DNA of 64,000 nt from Vermamoeba vermiformis. Taxonomy: Eukaryota. Shown here in pieces: positions 35,234 through 46,503 of this stretch. Numbering within the stretch: position 1 is the first letter of the stretch; each line of letters opens with the position of its first letter. The notes beneath the pieces were generated by a model, which saw nothing but the letters and a program-made list of their open reading frames with translations, had not been told where the DNA came from and did not search any database. A program made the position numbers and the translations under genes. The DNA lies in NCBI GenBank assembly GCA_045837725.1, contig JBEWZL010000300.1:1-64000 (forward strand). Reading direction: 5' to 3'.

Positions 35234-36993
35234 GTGCATAGAGTTACCAAACCAAGTTTAGTGCTGAGCGGTGTTTTCAAAGAGGACCGTGCCCAAATAA
35301 AAGCTAAATTGGAGAGTAATGGATATACGGTGCGCGACAGATTGTTGGTCGGCAGTCAAAAGGTAAGCAGATCGATTAATCTGTCGTTAAAATTGGAGCT
35401 CAATGATTTTAGGATTGCTACCTGATGCTGGGAAAGGATTTCAAACAGACCAAGTTGACCGATGCTTTATTGGCAAATATTCCTGTTGTCAAGCCAACTT
35501 TTTTCGAAGCAATCGTGACCAAGCCCGATCAAGTACCGGATCCTTCGGTGCACGCTTACAAAGCCGCTCTTCCTCGTAGAAGGCAACACAAGGACTCGAG
35601 GAGATACTATAGCAACGATCAGAAGGTCCCTGCGAAGGGTGAGTACTCGGATTCGTTTCGAAAAGTTATCAACTTTGGCCTACGTACTAACCCTGGGCCA
35701 ATTTTGCAGTCAAACAATGCCGTGCAATGACTCGCAAGGTAGTAGCACTAGAGGGCCAAATTGGTGTTGGCAAGAGCACGCTCTGTGGTAAAATCAAGGA
35801 GCTTTTCTCATCTGATGTTGCCATCTACAAAGAACAGACCAACGAGCTTTTCTTAAAGCTCTTTTATAGCAACCCTGTAAGTATCCTTCTACATTGAATA
35901 CTAATGTCCTTCAACGACTCACGAAATGTCCAGGCCAAGTACGGATTCGCTTTCCAATGGGGCATGTTGAAGACACGCGTTTATCAACTGCGATTGGCTC
36001 AACAAGACATTAAACACGGCAGACACCCCGACAAACAGTTCTTCTTCTGGGACCGTTCTATGATTGGAGACTACACCTTCGCGTTGTGGTACGTACCGGA
36101 GCAAGCGAGATATTTTTCCTTTCAGGACAGCGCCACTGACAGTTCTCTCCTCTAGGAACCACCTCTTGGGAAGTATCTCACGCGAGGAGATGGACGTGTA
36201 CGAGAGTGGTAAGTCTAGACTTTTGAAACTCGTCAAATTACCGTTACCGCTTGAAAGATTCGGATTCGAATCTTCCAGATGCGCAACATCTCTCCTTTTC
36301 TTGCCTTTGCTTATCACTTTAGCTGGATTACTTATCATACTATTACCAGAGTTCGGAGGCAGCATGAAGGAGTTCGACAAGATCCCGTTCTTGAAGGACA
36401 TTGGCCTCTTCGTGTATTTGAACGACGAGCCTGCTCAATGCAAGTTCCGCGTCGAGCAACACCGCAAGAACGACTCTGAACAGGGCATCCCCTTGCCTTA
36501 CTACGAGGGCATTGATGATATGCACTTCTTCCTGTTCGTCTTCAAGCTGTTCACGAATCCGAACCGATCGGCTGTTGTTCTCAACTGGGGACAATACAAC
36601 GACGCTGAGAACACTCTTGACCTCTTCAAGAACGTTATTGATGGCAAGATTAAAGCTCCCACCGTCCAAATCGTTTCCAAAGCGGATGTGCAAGCCGCTA
36701 AAGCTGCCAGCAGACGAACGAATGCCTCGTACAAGTTCTACAAGACTGAGGCCGAAATCCTAGCCGCCTTCGAAGAAATTAAAGGAGAGGAAAACGTCGA
36801 TAACATGAACGAAGTCAAGCCTACGTACGAGCAAGTTTTCATTCCGATGGATTTGCTCACGATCCCCGCCGAAGAGAAGAACATTGTTGCAAACGACTAC
36901 GACCTAACCTTCTACCGCAATGAATTTAAGCGAGTAGTTTTGTACCACTTGGCGCACTTTGAGAACGTCAAGCTGTACAAAAGCCGAGACTAG
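35234..36993 (+). CDS. BRCT-domain / deoxynucleoside kinase fusion (true start likely further upstream, ~34830-35240)
   Basis: BRCT-like LVLSGVFKEDRAQIKAKLESNG..TKLTDALLANIPVVKPTFF. Kinase motifs VALEGQIGVGKST, FLKLFYSNP.KYGFAFQ, WDRSMIGDYTF, VYLNDEPAQCKFRV..R...EQGIPLPYY. Confidence 0.8.
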
Positions 36994-37366
36994 ATGCGAA
37001 ACAGAAGTTCTTTCGTGCTTTTCAGCGCGATTAAGAACCCTCCCCTTGTAATAAACACTTGTACATATATTGCCTCCAAATAAAAGCCATGTCAAACGAA
37101 CGAGGATTGCAAAAATGTAGTGTAACAGCATTTGGATGGCGGAGTTGTAACGGTTTCATAAAAAATCTACGAATCGTAGTAAGGCACATGTAATAAGAGC
37201 GGAATACCTTTCCCTTATAGATTCACAAAGATTGCGCACTCTGATTTCGTTGGAGATTCTCAGTGATTTTATTGAATCATTTTTTTTAACGTTCTTCATT
37301 GAGAAGCATAACGCGACTGCTAACTCGTCGGTGAATTTTTAAATATTAATTTACACCGAGCACAAA

Positions 37367-39073
37367 ATGCAAGCGATTAAAGTGGTTGTTGCTGGAGATG
37401 GATCAGTCGGCAAGACTTGCTTCATGATTAGCTTTACTTATAAAGCTTTTCCTCAAGAGTACATCCCCACGGTAATATTTATTAGCGGTTTTGAAATTAT
37501 GCAAATTTTAGAATAACTTGTATTTTGTGTTGAAAGATTCGGTTAATATTTTTCAAATTGACGCTATTTTATTGACTTGTCGCTTCCTTTATTATAGGTG
37601 TTCGATAATTATAACGCACTGATGGAATGTGAAGGAAGAACGTTCAATTTAGGTCAGATCGTATACTCGAATTTTCAAATTATTACAAAAAATCTAACCA
37701 ACGTTTCTTGCAGGTCTTTGGGATACTGCCGGTCAAAGCGACTTTGGTACGCTAATAATAATATTTTTAGTACTATTTTAAATCATAAAACGGCGAATTG
37801 GCAAGATCGCGGGCCATCTGTTTATTTGTACTCAGCGAAAACTATTAACTCAGTACTCAATTATTTTGTCACCAAGCTAATGTTATTTTACAGAGAAATT
37901 GAGACCTATGTCCTATGAAGGCGCTGACATTTTCTTGTTGTTCTACTCCATTATAAATCCAACTTCCTTCGAGAACATCAAAGAAAAGGTACGGTTATTT
38001 TTAATTACGCTAAATATATTATTTTTGCTAAGCTGACACGATGCAAATTCAAATTTAATTTGTAATTTGGCATTTGTTTCAATTTTTATTTACGCGTAGT
38101 TATTGCAACTATTTAATCCTGTTATTATTCATATTTTAACACCATATTTTCTTAGTGGTACGGCGAAATTCGTCAATATGGTGCCAACACACCTATCCTA
38201 TTGATTGGCACGAAGGTCGATAAGAAAGATGACCCTGAAGTGCTCGAAAAGCTTCGTTTGCAGAAACAAGAGCCGGTCACCGAGGCTCAAGCGAAGAAAT
38301 TGGCAAAGGAAATTGGTGCTGCGAGCTACTTGACCTGCTCGGCGAAAGAAGACCAAGGCATGAGGACTATCTTCGAGGAGGTCGTGCGTATTGTAGTCAA
38401 CGCGAAGATGGGCAAAAAGGCCGGCAAGCAATGCTGGAGCATCAATTGCCGCAAGAATTTGCCCGCTGTCAACGGTCCTAAAAAGGTAATTTTTTTAAAA
38501 TGATTAGCCCGTTCTCGAACACTATCGACCGACCCAACGCTGCAATAGCGTGTACTAATATGGTATTTTTCAGTACAAGTGCAGTTCGTGCTCGCACTGG
38601 TATTGCAGCAGCTGTATTGAAGTCTGGGAAGATGGCTGGAAGGGCTGCCCTCAATGTAAGTATACTAGTCTTAGTAATTGACATTATATATCAATATCGC
38701 ACTACGCGTCGTCATCAAGGGTGGTATTAACTCTATAATGTTAGGCACATTGGACGAGGCTGCTGCACGCAAGCGAAAAGGCGAGAAGTTGCCCGATGTC
38801 AAGAAAAAATACATCCAAAAGGAGGACAAGATTGAGTACAGCAGTGACAGCGAAGACTCTGACAACGAGCCAGTGAGCAATACTAACGGCCCTGAGAGTC
38901 CTACTACCGAGAAGAAGGAGAAGAAGAGCAGCAAAAAGGCTCGATCTGGATCAAAGTCGAAGATTGGTGAAAGCAGCAGCAGCGCCAATTTGAATGCTAG
39001 TGCCAACAATAATAACGAAGAAAAGAAAGACAAGAAGGACGAGAAGAAAGAAGAAAAGGAAGAAAAGAAATAA
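37367..39073 (+). CDS. Rac/Rho-family GTPase with a C-terminal 8-Cys Zn finger and charged tail
   Basis: [42 protein letters not shown]; then [22 protein letters not shown]; ends KKEEKEEKK*. Confidence 0.9.
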
Positions 39074-39267
39074 GAGATCTTGACTCGTCTCGTTCTGAAA
39101 GAGCCATATGCTTTTCTTCAATTTCAATTTGTAATAGTCGGTTTATTAACGTTAATAGTACTTTTAATGGTGCTGTTAGCGCATGTACAAAATTTTTATA
39201 GATCATAAATCACATTAGCAAACATAGAGCGTGCACAACTAACGACTTATGCAATAAATGCATTAAA

Positions 39268-41303
39268 ATGGATATGTTAACAATATTTGACTTGCCTGAC
39301 GAAGTACGTGGTTGTTGAGCTGGACTGCTGACGATCAATCTGACAATTTGTTTGATCCAGGTGCTCGTCAGGACGTTTATGTTTTTAGATTTAAAAGACC
39401 TTGCAATATTGCCTTGCACCAACAAGAGGATATGCCAGTTAGCTCAAGAGAGATTGCTATGGAAGAAATTGTGTATGTCATCTGCCTTCTAATTTTTAGT
39501 TTAAAATTTATTGGCATAATTTAACCACGGAATTAAGATTATATTCGAGTATTTCCAATTATATAATTTTTAAAAATTAATACAACCAAGATTTTGTCAT
39601 CGCGATACATTAATGCTAATTTCTCCGCTTTAATAGACAAATCAACTGCATCACTCACTAGCAGGTATTATTTTGTATCATCTGAAAGTAATCCGGCGAC
39701 GTTTGGAAAAATTCGGTGCGGTGGCAGGTCAGCTCAGCGAAGCAATTAGCGCCAGGTACTACCACCTTTGTTGTAATTAAAATTCTCGTATTTGCTAATA
39801 ATAGCATTAACAGTAAAAGAAATATGGAGTAATCAAGTTGTGCCTGTTGGCGACACGTTAATCGGCCGAGAAGATAACGTGCTCGTCTTTGATATCGGCT
39901 CTTACGCGCTAAAAATAGGAAATACGACGACACTACATCCTAATGGAACAATTCCGACTATTTTAGGCACTCCTAAATACCCCAGGTAAGTTAAAGTAAC
40001 TTCGGATCTGGTGCATTCGTCATGTTTCTAACAATCTTCATAGCTACATGATCGGCCTCGGGCAAAAGCAATTGTATCTTGGAAATGGAGATCTCGAGGC
40101 CAAGCGAGGTGTACTCAATATACATCGACCAGTGCATCGTGGAGTTTGCACGGATTACAACAAGTTTGAGGGACTAATGCACCATTGTTTTTACGTGGCA
40201 CTGCGCCGTGCACCTCAAGAGTCATTCGTACGTAATTTCAACGATATTTTACTTATAATAACAAAGTGTAGGTGTTCTTATCGGAGCCGTTCCACCGTCC
40301 GATGGTTCAGAAAGAAGATGTGGGCTATGTTTGAAGAACTGAGCGTGCAAGGAATATACGTAGCGCCATCGGGACTGTTGTCTTCGGTTATTGTGACATT
40401 AAAGGAAATGGCCTCGTAGTAGAAATCGGAGATGGTGTCACGCAAGGTAAGGAGACGATCTAATTTGCCGTTACTAAAAGCTCATTACAGTTGTGCCCGT
40501 GATCGACGGCAAAGTGCATTTGCATTGTGTGGTCACAGAGAATATAGGTGGTTATGACATTACGACTCATTTCATTAATCAACTGAACAACCGTGGGCTT
40601 GGTTTTGACTCGGGCGTGCATTATCTTATTGCCGACACTTTGAAGGTACACCACCAAACATATATGTCCTACTATATCAAAAAACTTATGCTTTGAGTAG
40701 CCTAACTGTTACGTGTCGCAAGATTTCACGAATGAATTGATCGAGTTTAAAACAAAGCCGTACGATAAGCAGCGAAGAGTAGCGATGCCCGATGGAAATT
40801 TCATCGATTTAGAAGACGAACTGATTACAGCGCCTGAAGTTTTGTTCAAACCAGAGCTGGGACATTTGCCTGCACGAAGTATTGTCAAGTTGATCGAGGA
40901 CTGTTTGAACCGATGTGAAACTGCTTCCAGAGATTCCTTATTGGGAAATATCTGCATCACAGGTACACTCCCTCCGGCTTTAATAAGTATTTAGGCAATG
41001 ACGAATAATCGTGCTATATAGGCGGTGTATCAGCGTGCACATTAGGGCTCGGAACACGACTAGAAAATGAGCTCAAGTTGCTGTACCCTTCAACTCCGGT
41101 CATGGTGCTCGAGAAGGGAAGGTTTGCAGCGTGGAGTGGTAATATTGTCATAGTATTATAATAACCAGAGAGCGATATTAATATTTTACGTTGGCATAGG
41201 TGGTGCGATGATGGCTCGAAGATTATCAACTACTGATCGTTGGGTAACGCTCGCGCAGTACCAAGAAGTTGGTCCGCAAGTTGCGCGTATGGCGTTCATA
41301 TAA
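39268..41303 (+). CDS. F-box / actin-related protein, with two apparent frameshifts at ~40290 and ~40383
   Basis: Spliced DLPDE|VLVRTFMFLDLKDLAILPCTNKRICQLAQERLLWKKL (F-box); LVFDIGSYALKIG, VVEIGDGVTQVVPVIDG, IGGYDIT, APEVLFKP, NICITGG, FAAWSGG (actin fold). Confidence 0.8.
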
Positions 41304-41452
41304 ATAAATGGGTCCCTAGGGCAGGGTTGTCGTTACCGTTGGCCAAATCCATTTTTCAATCATCAAATCAATGAGGTGACCACAACCACAAGTACCTTTT
41401 GTAATTAATTTCACTAAAAACGTTTAGTGATCATAGTACATTCGTTAGGTTT

Positions 41453-42609
41453 ATGGTAAGTATTCGGTAGATCAACCGAAGAACTTGATCTCGATCCAAT
41501 ACCTGATCGCAATTAGGCATTATTTAATTTTAGAAAATATGTAAATAATTAATATACTAATATATGCGCTCAGATGAAGGATATCTAGGATTTACAAATT
41601 TGATCAGAGAAAAATAATGGAAAAGAACGAGGATCTGTCAAAACAAATAGCAGAGAGCGATTAATACACCTGATGTAAATAATAATGAAGATAAAGAAGA
41701 AAATAATGATCAAGAAAAAGAGAGTTACGTTAAACGAGGCAAGATCCGGATCGACTATTTGATGGACGACATAGAAAACAAGAGTGGTTACGTTAAAGAA
41801 TGGATTAACAAGCCTTTCTTGCATAAAATGCGCGCAGATCCTAATTTTAGAAGATTATTGAACCATAATAAGCTCGAAAAAGAAATGAACGAATCCTACA
41901 TGGTTTACAAACAGACCAAAAACTTGCTCAAAAAAATTGGAAAATCAGCAGATGACGAAGACATAGTCATATTTGATGTCTGTTCGGGCAAAGGATTCAC
42001 ATCGGTCCTATTGTCGTTACATTTTCCGAAAGCCCGGATCTACATGGTCGACAAATGGACGAAATTGAATTTGGAACACTTAGCTAGCTTGCCGCAAGTC
42101 ACATTTGAAAATTTCAATATAACTAAGAGCGATTTATTGAAGTTTGTTAATGATCGTGCCCAAGGCAAATTCGGTAAGTCAAACCTGTAGGATCCATCCG
42201 CCAATATTGTTTATAAATTAAATTGTTTGCGGACTGTGAAATTAGACCAATTTTATATGTATTTGGCATTTATACTAATTTGGATTGTTTTGCAGGGTTA
42301 TTTTTGGGGGTCCATCTGTGCGGTGGCTTGTCAGTCCGATTTATTGACATCTACAATCGCTGCGATTGTTTAAGAGCAATGGTATTGTCACCTTGTTGCT
42401 TAGATAAAAGAAATACGAAGTTATTGCAATTGGCAAAGACGACTAAGATAGATAATTATCAGTTATGGACTACAGAATTATATTTGCAGATTAAAAAGTC
42501 AGAAAAAGATATAAAATCGGATGATAGAGTCGAAACTGATAAGGATAAATTCATCGTTGCAATTAAACACGACAATTTCAATAATACAAGGGCGGTACAA
42601 GAACACTAG
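41453..42609 (+). CDS. Class I SAM-dependent methyltransferase (Methyltransf_32-like); start uncertain
   Basis: IVIFDVCSGKGFTS (motif I), IYMVDK, GVHLCGGLS, LSPCC. Confidence 0.75.
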
Positions 42610-42950
42610 CTCGATCCAATGACGTTGAAGAAGTTGTACATAAACGAAGGCTTGTATAATATAAATATTATATGATATTATGAAATAGACGTAAGATTTT
42701 GACAGTGAATATTACGGAACAAGTTCGCTCTGTGTTTTTTTGCCTCGCGTACGGAATTTCAATAAAAATTCTTCCGATTGCCGATGCAATATTAAATTTG
42801 GCAACTAATACAAGCTAAATACCAATGAGAATTGAAGTTAGCTGACGTAATTTTGCCTGAAAAGTTACGAACCGAAACGATAAAAGCGAGTCTTTTTCTC
42901 TTTTGTAATCATTCAAATCAAACAACTAACACTCAACAACTCAATACGAA

Positions 42951-43169
42951 ATGGAAAACATCAAGAACGCCGCTAACGCCGTCACCAACAAGGTCTCTGA
43001 AATGGGCCACCACGCTCAAGCCGAATCCGCCAAGGATCGTGCCATGGACCCCAACAGATCCGCCACTGAGCGCGTTGAAGCTGGAGGTCACGCCATCAGC
43101 GAGAAGGCTAAGGAGACTGTCTCTGGTGTCAAGTCTGACCACTACAAGGAACAAGCCAAGCACGCTTAA
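42951..43169 (+). CDS. Grg1 (glucose-repressible)/LEA-like small hydrophilic protein
   Basis: MENIKNAANAVTNKVSE...KDRAMDPNRSATERVEAGGHAISEKAKE, strongly biased codons, CAA-rich 5' leader. Confidence 0.75.
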   Translation: MENIKNAANAVTNKVSEMGHHAQAESAKDRAMDPNRSATERVEAGGHAISEKAKETVSGVKSDHYKEQAKHA

Positions 43170-43415
43170 ACACATCTAACTTGTTTGTCTTCCGAATAAA
43201 CTAGAAACTTGTAGATATATCTATTTATACGCAGCTACTGCCTATTATTTTTCGGCCCTAAACGTGCGCACTGATTGTTCGTGGAGGCCTGAATCAATGA
43301 AGTTGTTACGTAATGGATTGGATCAGATCCAAAATTTATTCACAAACGAATTGAAGCAAGTAATATTAGAAGCTCTTAAGGCATCTATGCACTACTATAC
43401 TTTCCTAATATGGTT

Positions 43416-43978
43416 CTATTTCTTTGATTGCATGAAACAATACAAATTGAATACGCTGACGACTGCGCCGAGTGAGCTGACAATTAAAGGCATGGTCTTC
43501 TTGCTTTGCAAGTATCTGTTACCCATAAATACTGTCAACAAGGCAGAAATACCTAAAATAGGAATAATTAAGTTAGTTGTCCGTTTCGAGCAAAGTAAAA
43601 ATCAGATCACGTATCGACGAAAAGATTTTCGTGACTTACCAATGCTCAGAGGGTATCCAAAGCTAGGCTTCGTATCCAATTGAGATGAGGCGTAGATAAG
43701 AAGGGCACCAGCGACGCCACCACTGACAAGAGAAGGGATGGAGCGTGCCTAAATTTAATTTGTTTAAATAATTATCTAAAATTATTATAATCTGTGCAGC
43801 AAAAAGTAAATAATATATATAAAAGGTAAATGAGATAATATTAATTTTTCTAAACTTTTGAACCCAATAAACTCCGTTCCGAGCAGATGTGACGTCTTAC
43901 CTTAGCGTAGCCCATCAAACCACCAGCGAGGAGCAACGCACCATAAATACCGGTCAAATACGCAGAAGAGTCAGACAT
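43416..43978 (-). CDS. TMEM14-family membrane protein (3 exons)
   Basis: YGALLLAGGLMGYAK|ARSIPSLVSGGVAG..GISALLTVFMGNRYLQSKKTMP. Confidence 0.9.
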
Positions 43979-44681
43979 TGAAATCAGTTGTGGTATTAGT
44001 GTTTCAGAAAATTCTTTTGTGATCCTAAAATTGTTCGAATGGATACGTGTGTCCAAGCTGACAAATGAAATTGACCAAACAACAGTTACTATCTACGTAG
44101 TTGCAGTGTATCTCGAATCGGTAACAATTTGCGAGCATAAGTTACTTTGCGTGTAACAAAGCTTTCAATAAATCGCATGTACAGTCAACACAGAGCCGCG
44201 GCAGAGTCGATGAGTCCACGCGAGCACTTCTGTAACTCGGTGGGGAAAGTAAGGATTACACTGGCACCTTCAACGTTTGGATGGATGGAATTTTGGTTGC
44301 AGTTAATAATTTGCCGTAAAGAAAATTTCGTAGGATCGTGTAGTGGCACTCTATTATACTCAACGTACATACTTATCATCTAGATTAGTTTGGCGGGAAA
44401 ATTTGGATGGAGAGAAATGAGAGTCGGTCTGCTTCCGAAGACAACGTAGAGAAGTGTACCTTTCGATTACAGCGCTGTTTGGGTTTTTGACTGAAAAGAT
44501 TCCTTGAATCGAGTTTGATGCCATTTCCAGCATTGCCACGTGAAATCAACGAAAACAGGTTTTTTTGACCAATCAAATCGCGGTTCAACCAGGGCGGATT
44601 CGTTGAAGGAAAACTTTAAAAGGAAAAGAATGTTCTGCCGGAGTTCTTCAAATCAAAACTCAACCACAACACAATACAACA

Positions 44682-44846
44682 ATGGAAGTCACTTTAGTCA
44701 ATATCAACGGAAATGTCTACGCTCACGGTGGCACCAACACCAATGGTTCCCTCGGCACTGGTGAAAACTGCGTCTTCTGGATTAATGCTGGTCCTGCTCC
44801 TGTAGCCGAGGCCGTCGACTTGTCTTACCTCTCGTTGAATCAGTAA
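44682..44846 (+). CDS. 54-aa microprotein resembling a single RCC1 repeat (may splice onward at 44843)
   Basis: MEVTLVNINGNVYAHGGTNTNGSLGTGENCVFWINAGPAPVAEAVDLSYLSLNQ*. The CAA-rich leader and biased codons resemble those of the Grg1-like gene. Confidence 0.55.
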   Translation: MEVTLVNINGNVYAHGGTNTNGSLGTGENCVFWINAGPAPVAEAVDLSYLSLNQ

Positions 44847-45288
44847 GGAGCTCGAGTTCAAGCAATAAGTTCTTCCTCATTGGAATTACTGTACTTCGAG
44901 AATAAAAATTATTTGTACCATTATCGGCATCTTTTTCCCTATTGTTCCAAAATGTCGGCGCATTAAGGGATAACATCTTCCATAGCTTCGCTACTAATAG
45001 GTCAAATTTTGGCTTTTTGTTAGTACGGCCGTTAAAAATTAAATTAATTAACGCAGATTGAAATTCGCATACAAAAAGTGGACAGCATTCCATTATTCAT
45101 CTTGTTATACACCGATATTAGGGCTTACTCGCAGGAAGACCAGGAGCAGCACGGTAGTAAGTAACGGCCACTATTTACAATTTATGTACAGATCTGGTAC
45201 AAATATGTATCGTCATTGAAGTACCACGCATTAGTTCGTCGAATTTACAAATTGAGCCCGTATTTAGTTCTAAAGACTCGGTATTGAA

Positions 45289-46021
45289 CTAAGCTTCGTC
45301 ATCTGCTTCGTTAAATCCGAGCGCTTTGAAACACCCTAAAATGTACTCATCCAGGGTTACCTACGCGTAAAGGTATTATAATAGAGCTCGTTGGTATTAC
45401 GGCACGCTTCATACCTCTCCGTCGCCATTAGCATCCAGATCTTGCAACATTTTCAGCCAGTCTTTCTTAGGTATCTAGAAGTCGTCAGAAATTTGAAAAG
45501 AAGCTATTATATAGTATCTATATGGGCATTCGCGTTAAAGAACAAGAAGAACCACTTCTAAAAGCGGTATCCGATCGGGATCTCCGGTAACTTACGCCTA
45601 ATTTTTCCCATGCGCCTTTTGCTGTAGTGATAGGTATCACACCATTCTTATTTTCGTCTAGTAGGTGGAAGTCTTTTAAAAATCGCTTTTCTATTAAGCT
45701 GACGAATTCGTGAAAATCGATCCTGACAAAATTGACGTCAATACTCGTAATAATTCAAAAAAATTGTATATGCGTACTGTTCATCATGATTTTTATCTAT
45801 CAAGTCTATTTCTTTCAGGATCTCTACCCGGGGCATTTTTAGAAATTCCTAATTATTAATGAATTAGATCCGGCTTTAATTTTTAGGTCTTCAACTGCTA
45901 TACTTGCATGCAATTCATTTACATCTATCACTCCATCACCGTTTTTGTCTAAATGATCAAAAGCTTTTCGGATGTAGGGTTTGTACGCGTGAGGAGCATG
46001 GCGGGGGCTTGTTTGACCCAT
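45289..46021 (-). CDS. EF-hand calcium-binding protein (multi-exon)
   Basis: AFDHLDKNGDGVIDVNEL, IDKNHDE.IDFHEF, FHLLDENKNGVIP, LDANGDGE|VTLDEY. Confidence 0.85.
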
Positions 46022-46503
46022 TATTTACACTTAAAATATATCCGCTGTTGTTTATAGTTGGAATTGCTGAAATGATGGTGCGGAGCAAGAGATTTTGTTC
46101 CTTCAAAGGCCGTAAAAACTTTCGTGTGACTTTCAGAACGTGTGTTTCTGAAACTACTGGTGGAAATCACCCGAAGAATAAATGAAACAATAAATATATA
46201 AGTTCAAATATATAGTTTCCGTTATCGTGCTCCAATGGTACCCGGATTTCAGTAATTCTTCTTACCGAATGCGGTACACAGCAAAATTTTCATTGAATTG
46301 AGACGCTATCAACTGTCTTTATCCAATCAATACATTCATTGATGCATTGACACTACTGACACGCGTTATCGCTAGCGTGTTGGTATATATTAACGAGAAA
46401 TATTGAAATATAGAGCGCATCTATCTAAGGTTACTTACGATCGTTTGACACGTATAAATAAAATTCGAGCAGTTTATTCGTGTTTAATTTTTGAATGATA
46501 TAA

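Noticed and set aside
40320-40340. Stop-codon reassignment or selenocysteine at the in-frame TGA of the actin-like gene
   Set aside because: The actin-like residues lie in another frame, so frameshifts explain it. Other genes use TAA, TAG and TGA as normal stops.
42933-43179. Overlapping ORFs on other frames of the Grg1-like gene
   Set aside because: Shadows of strong codon bias.
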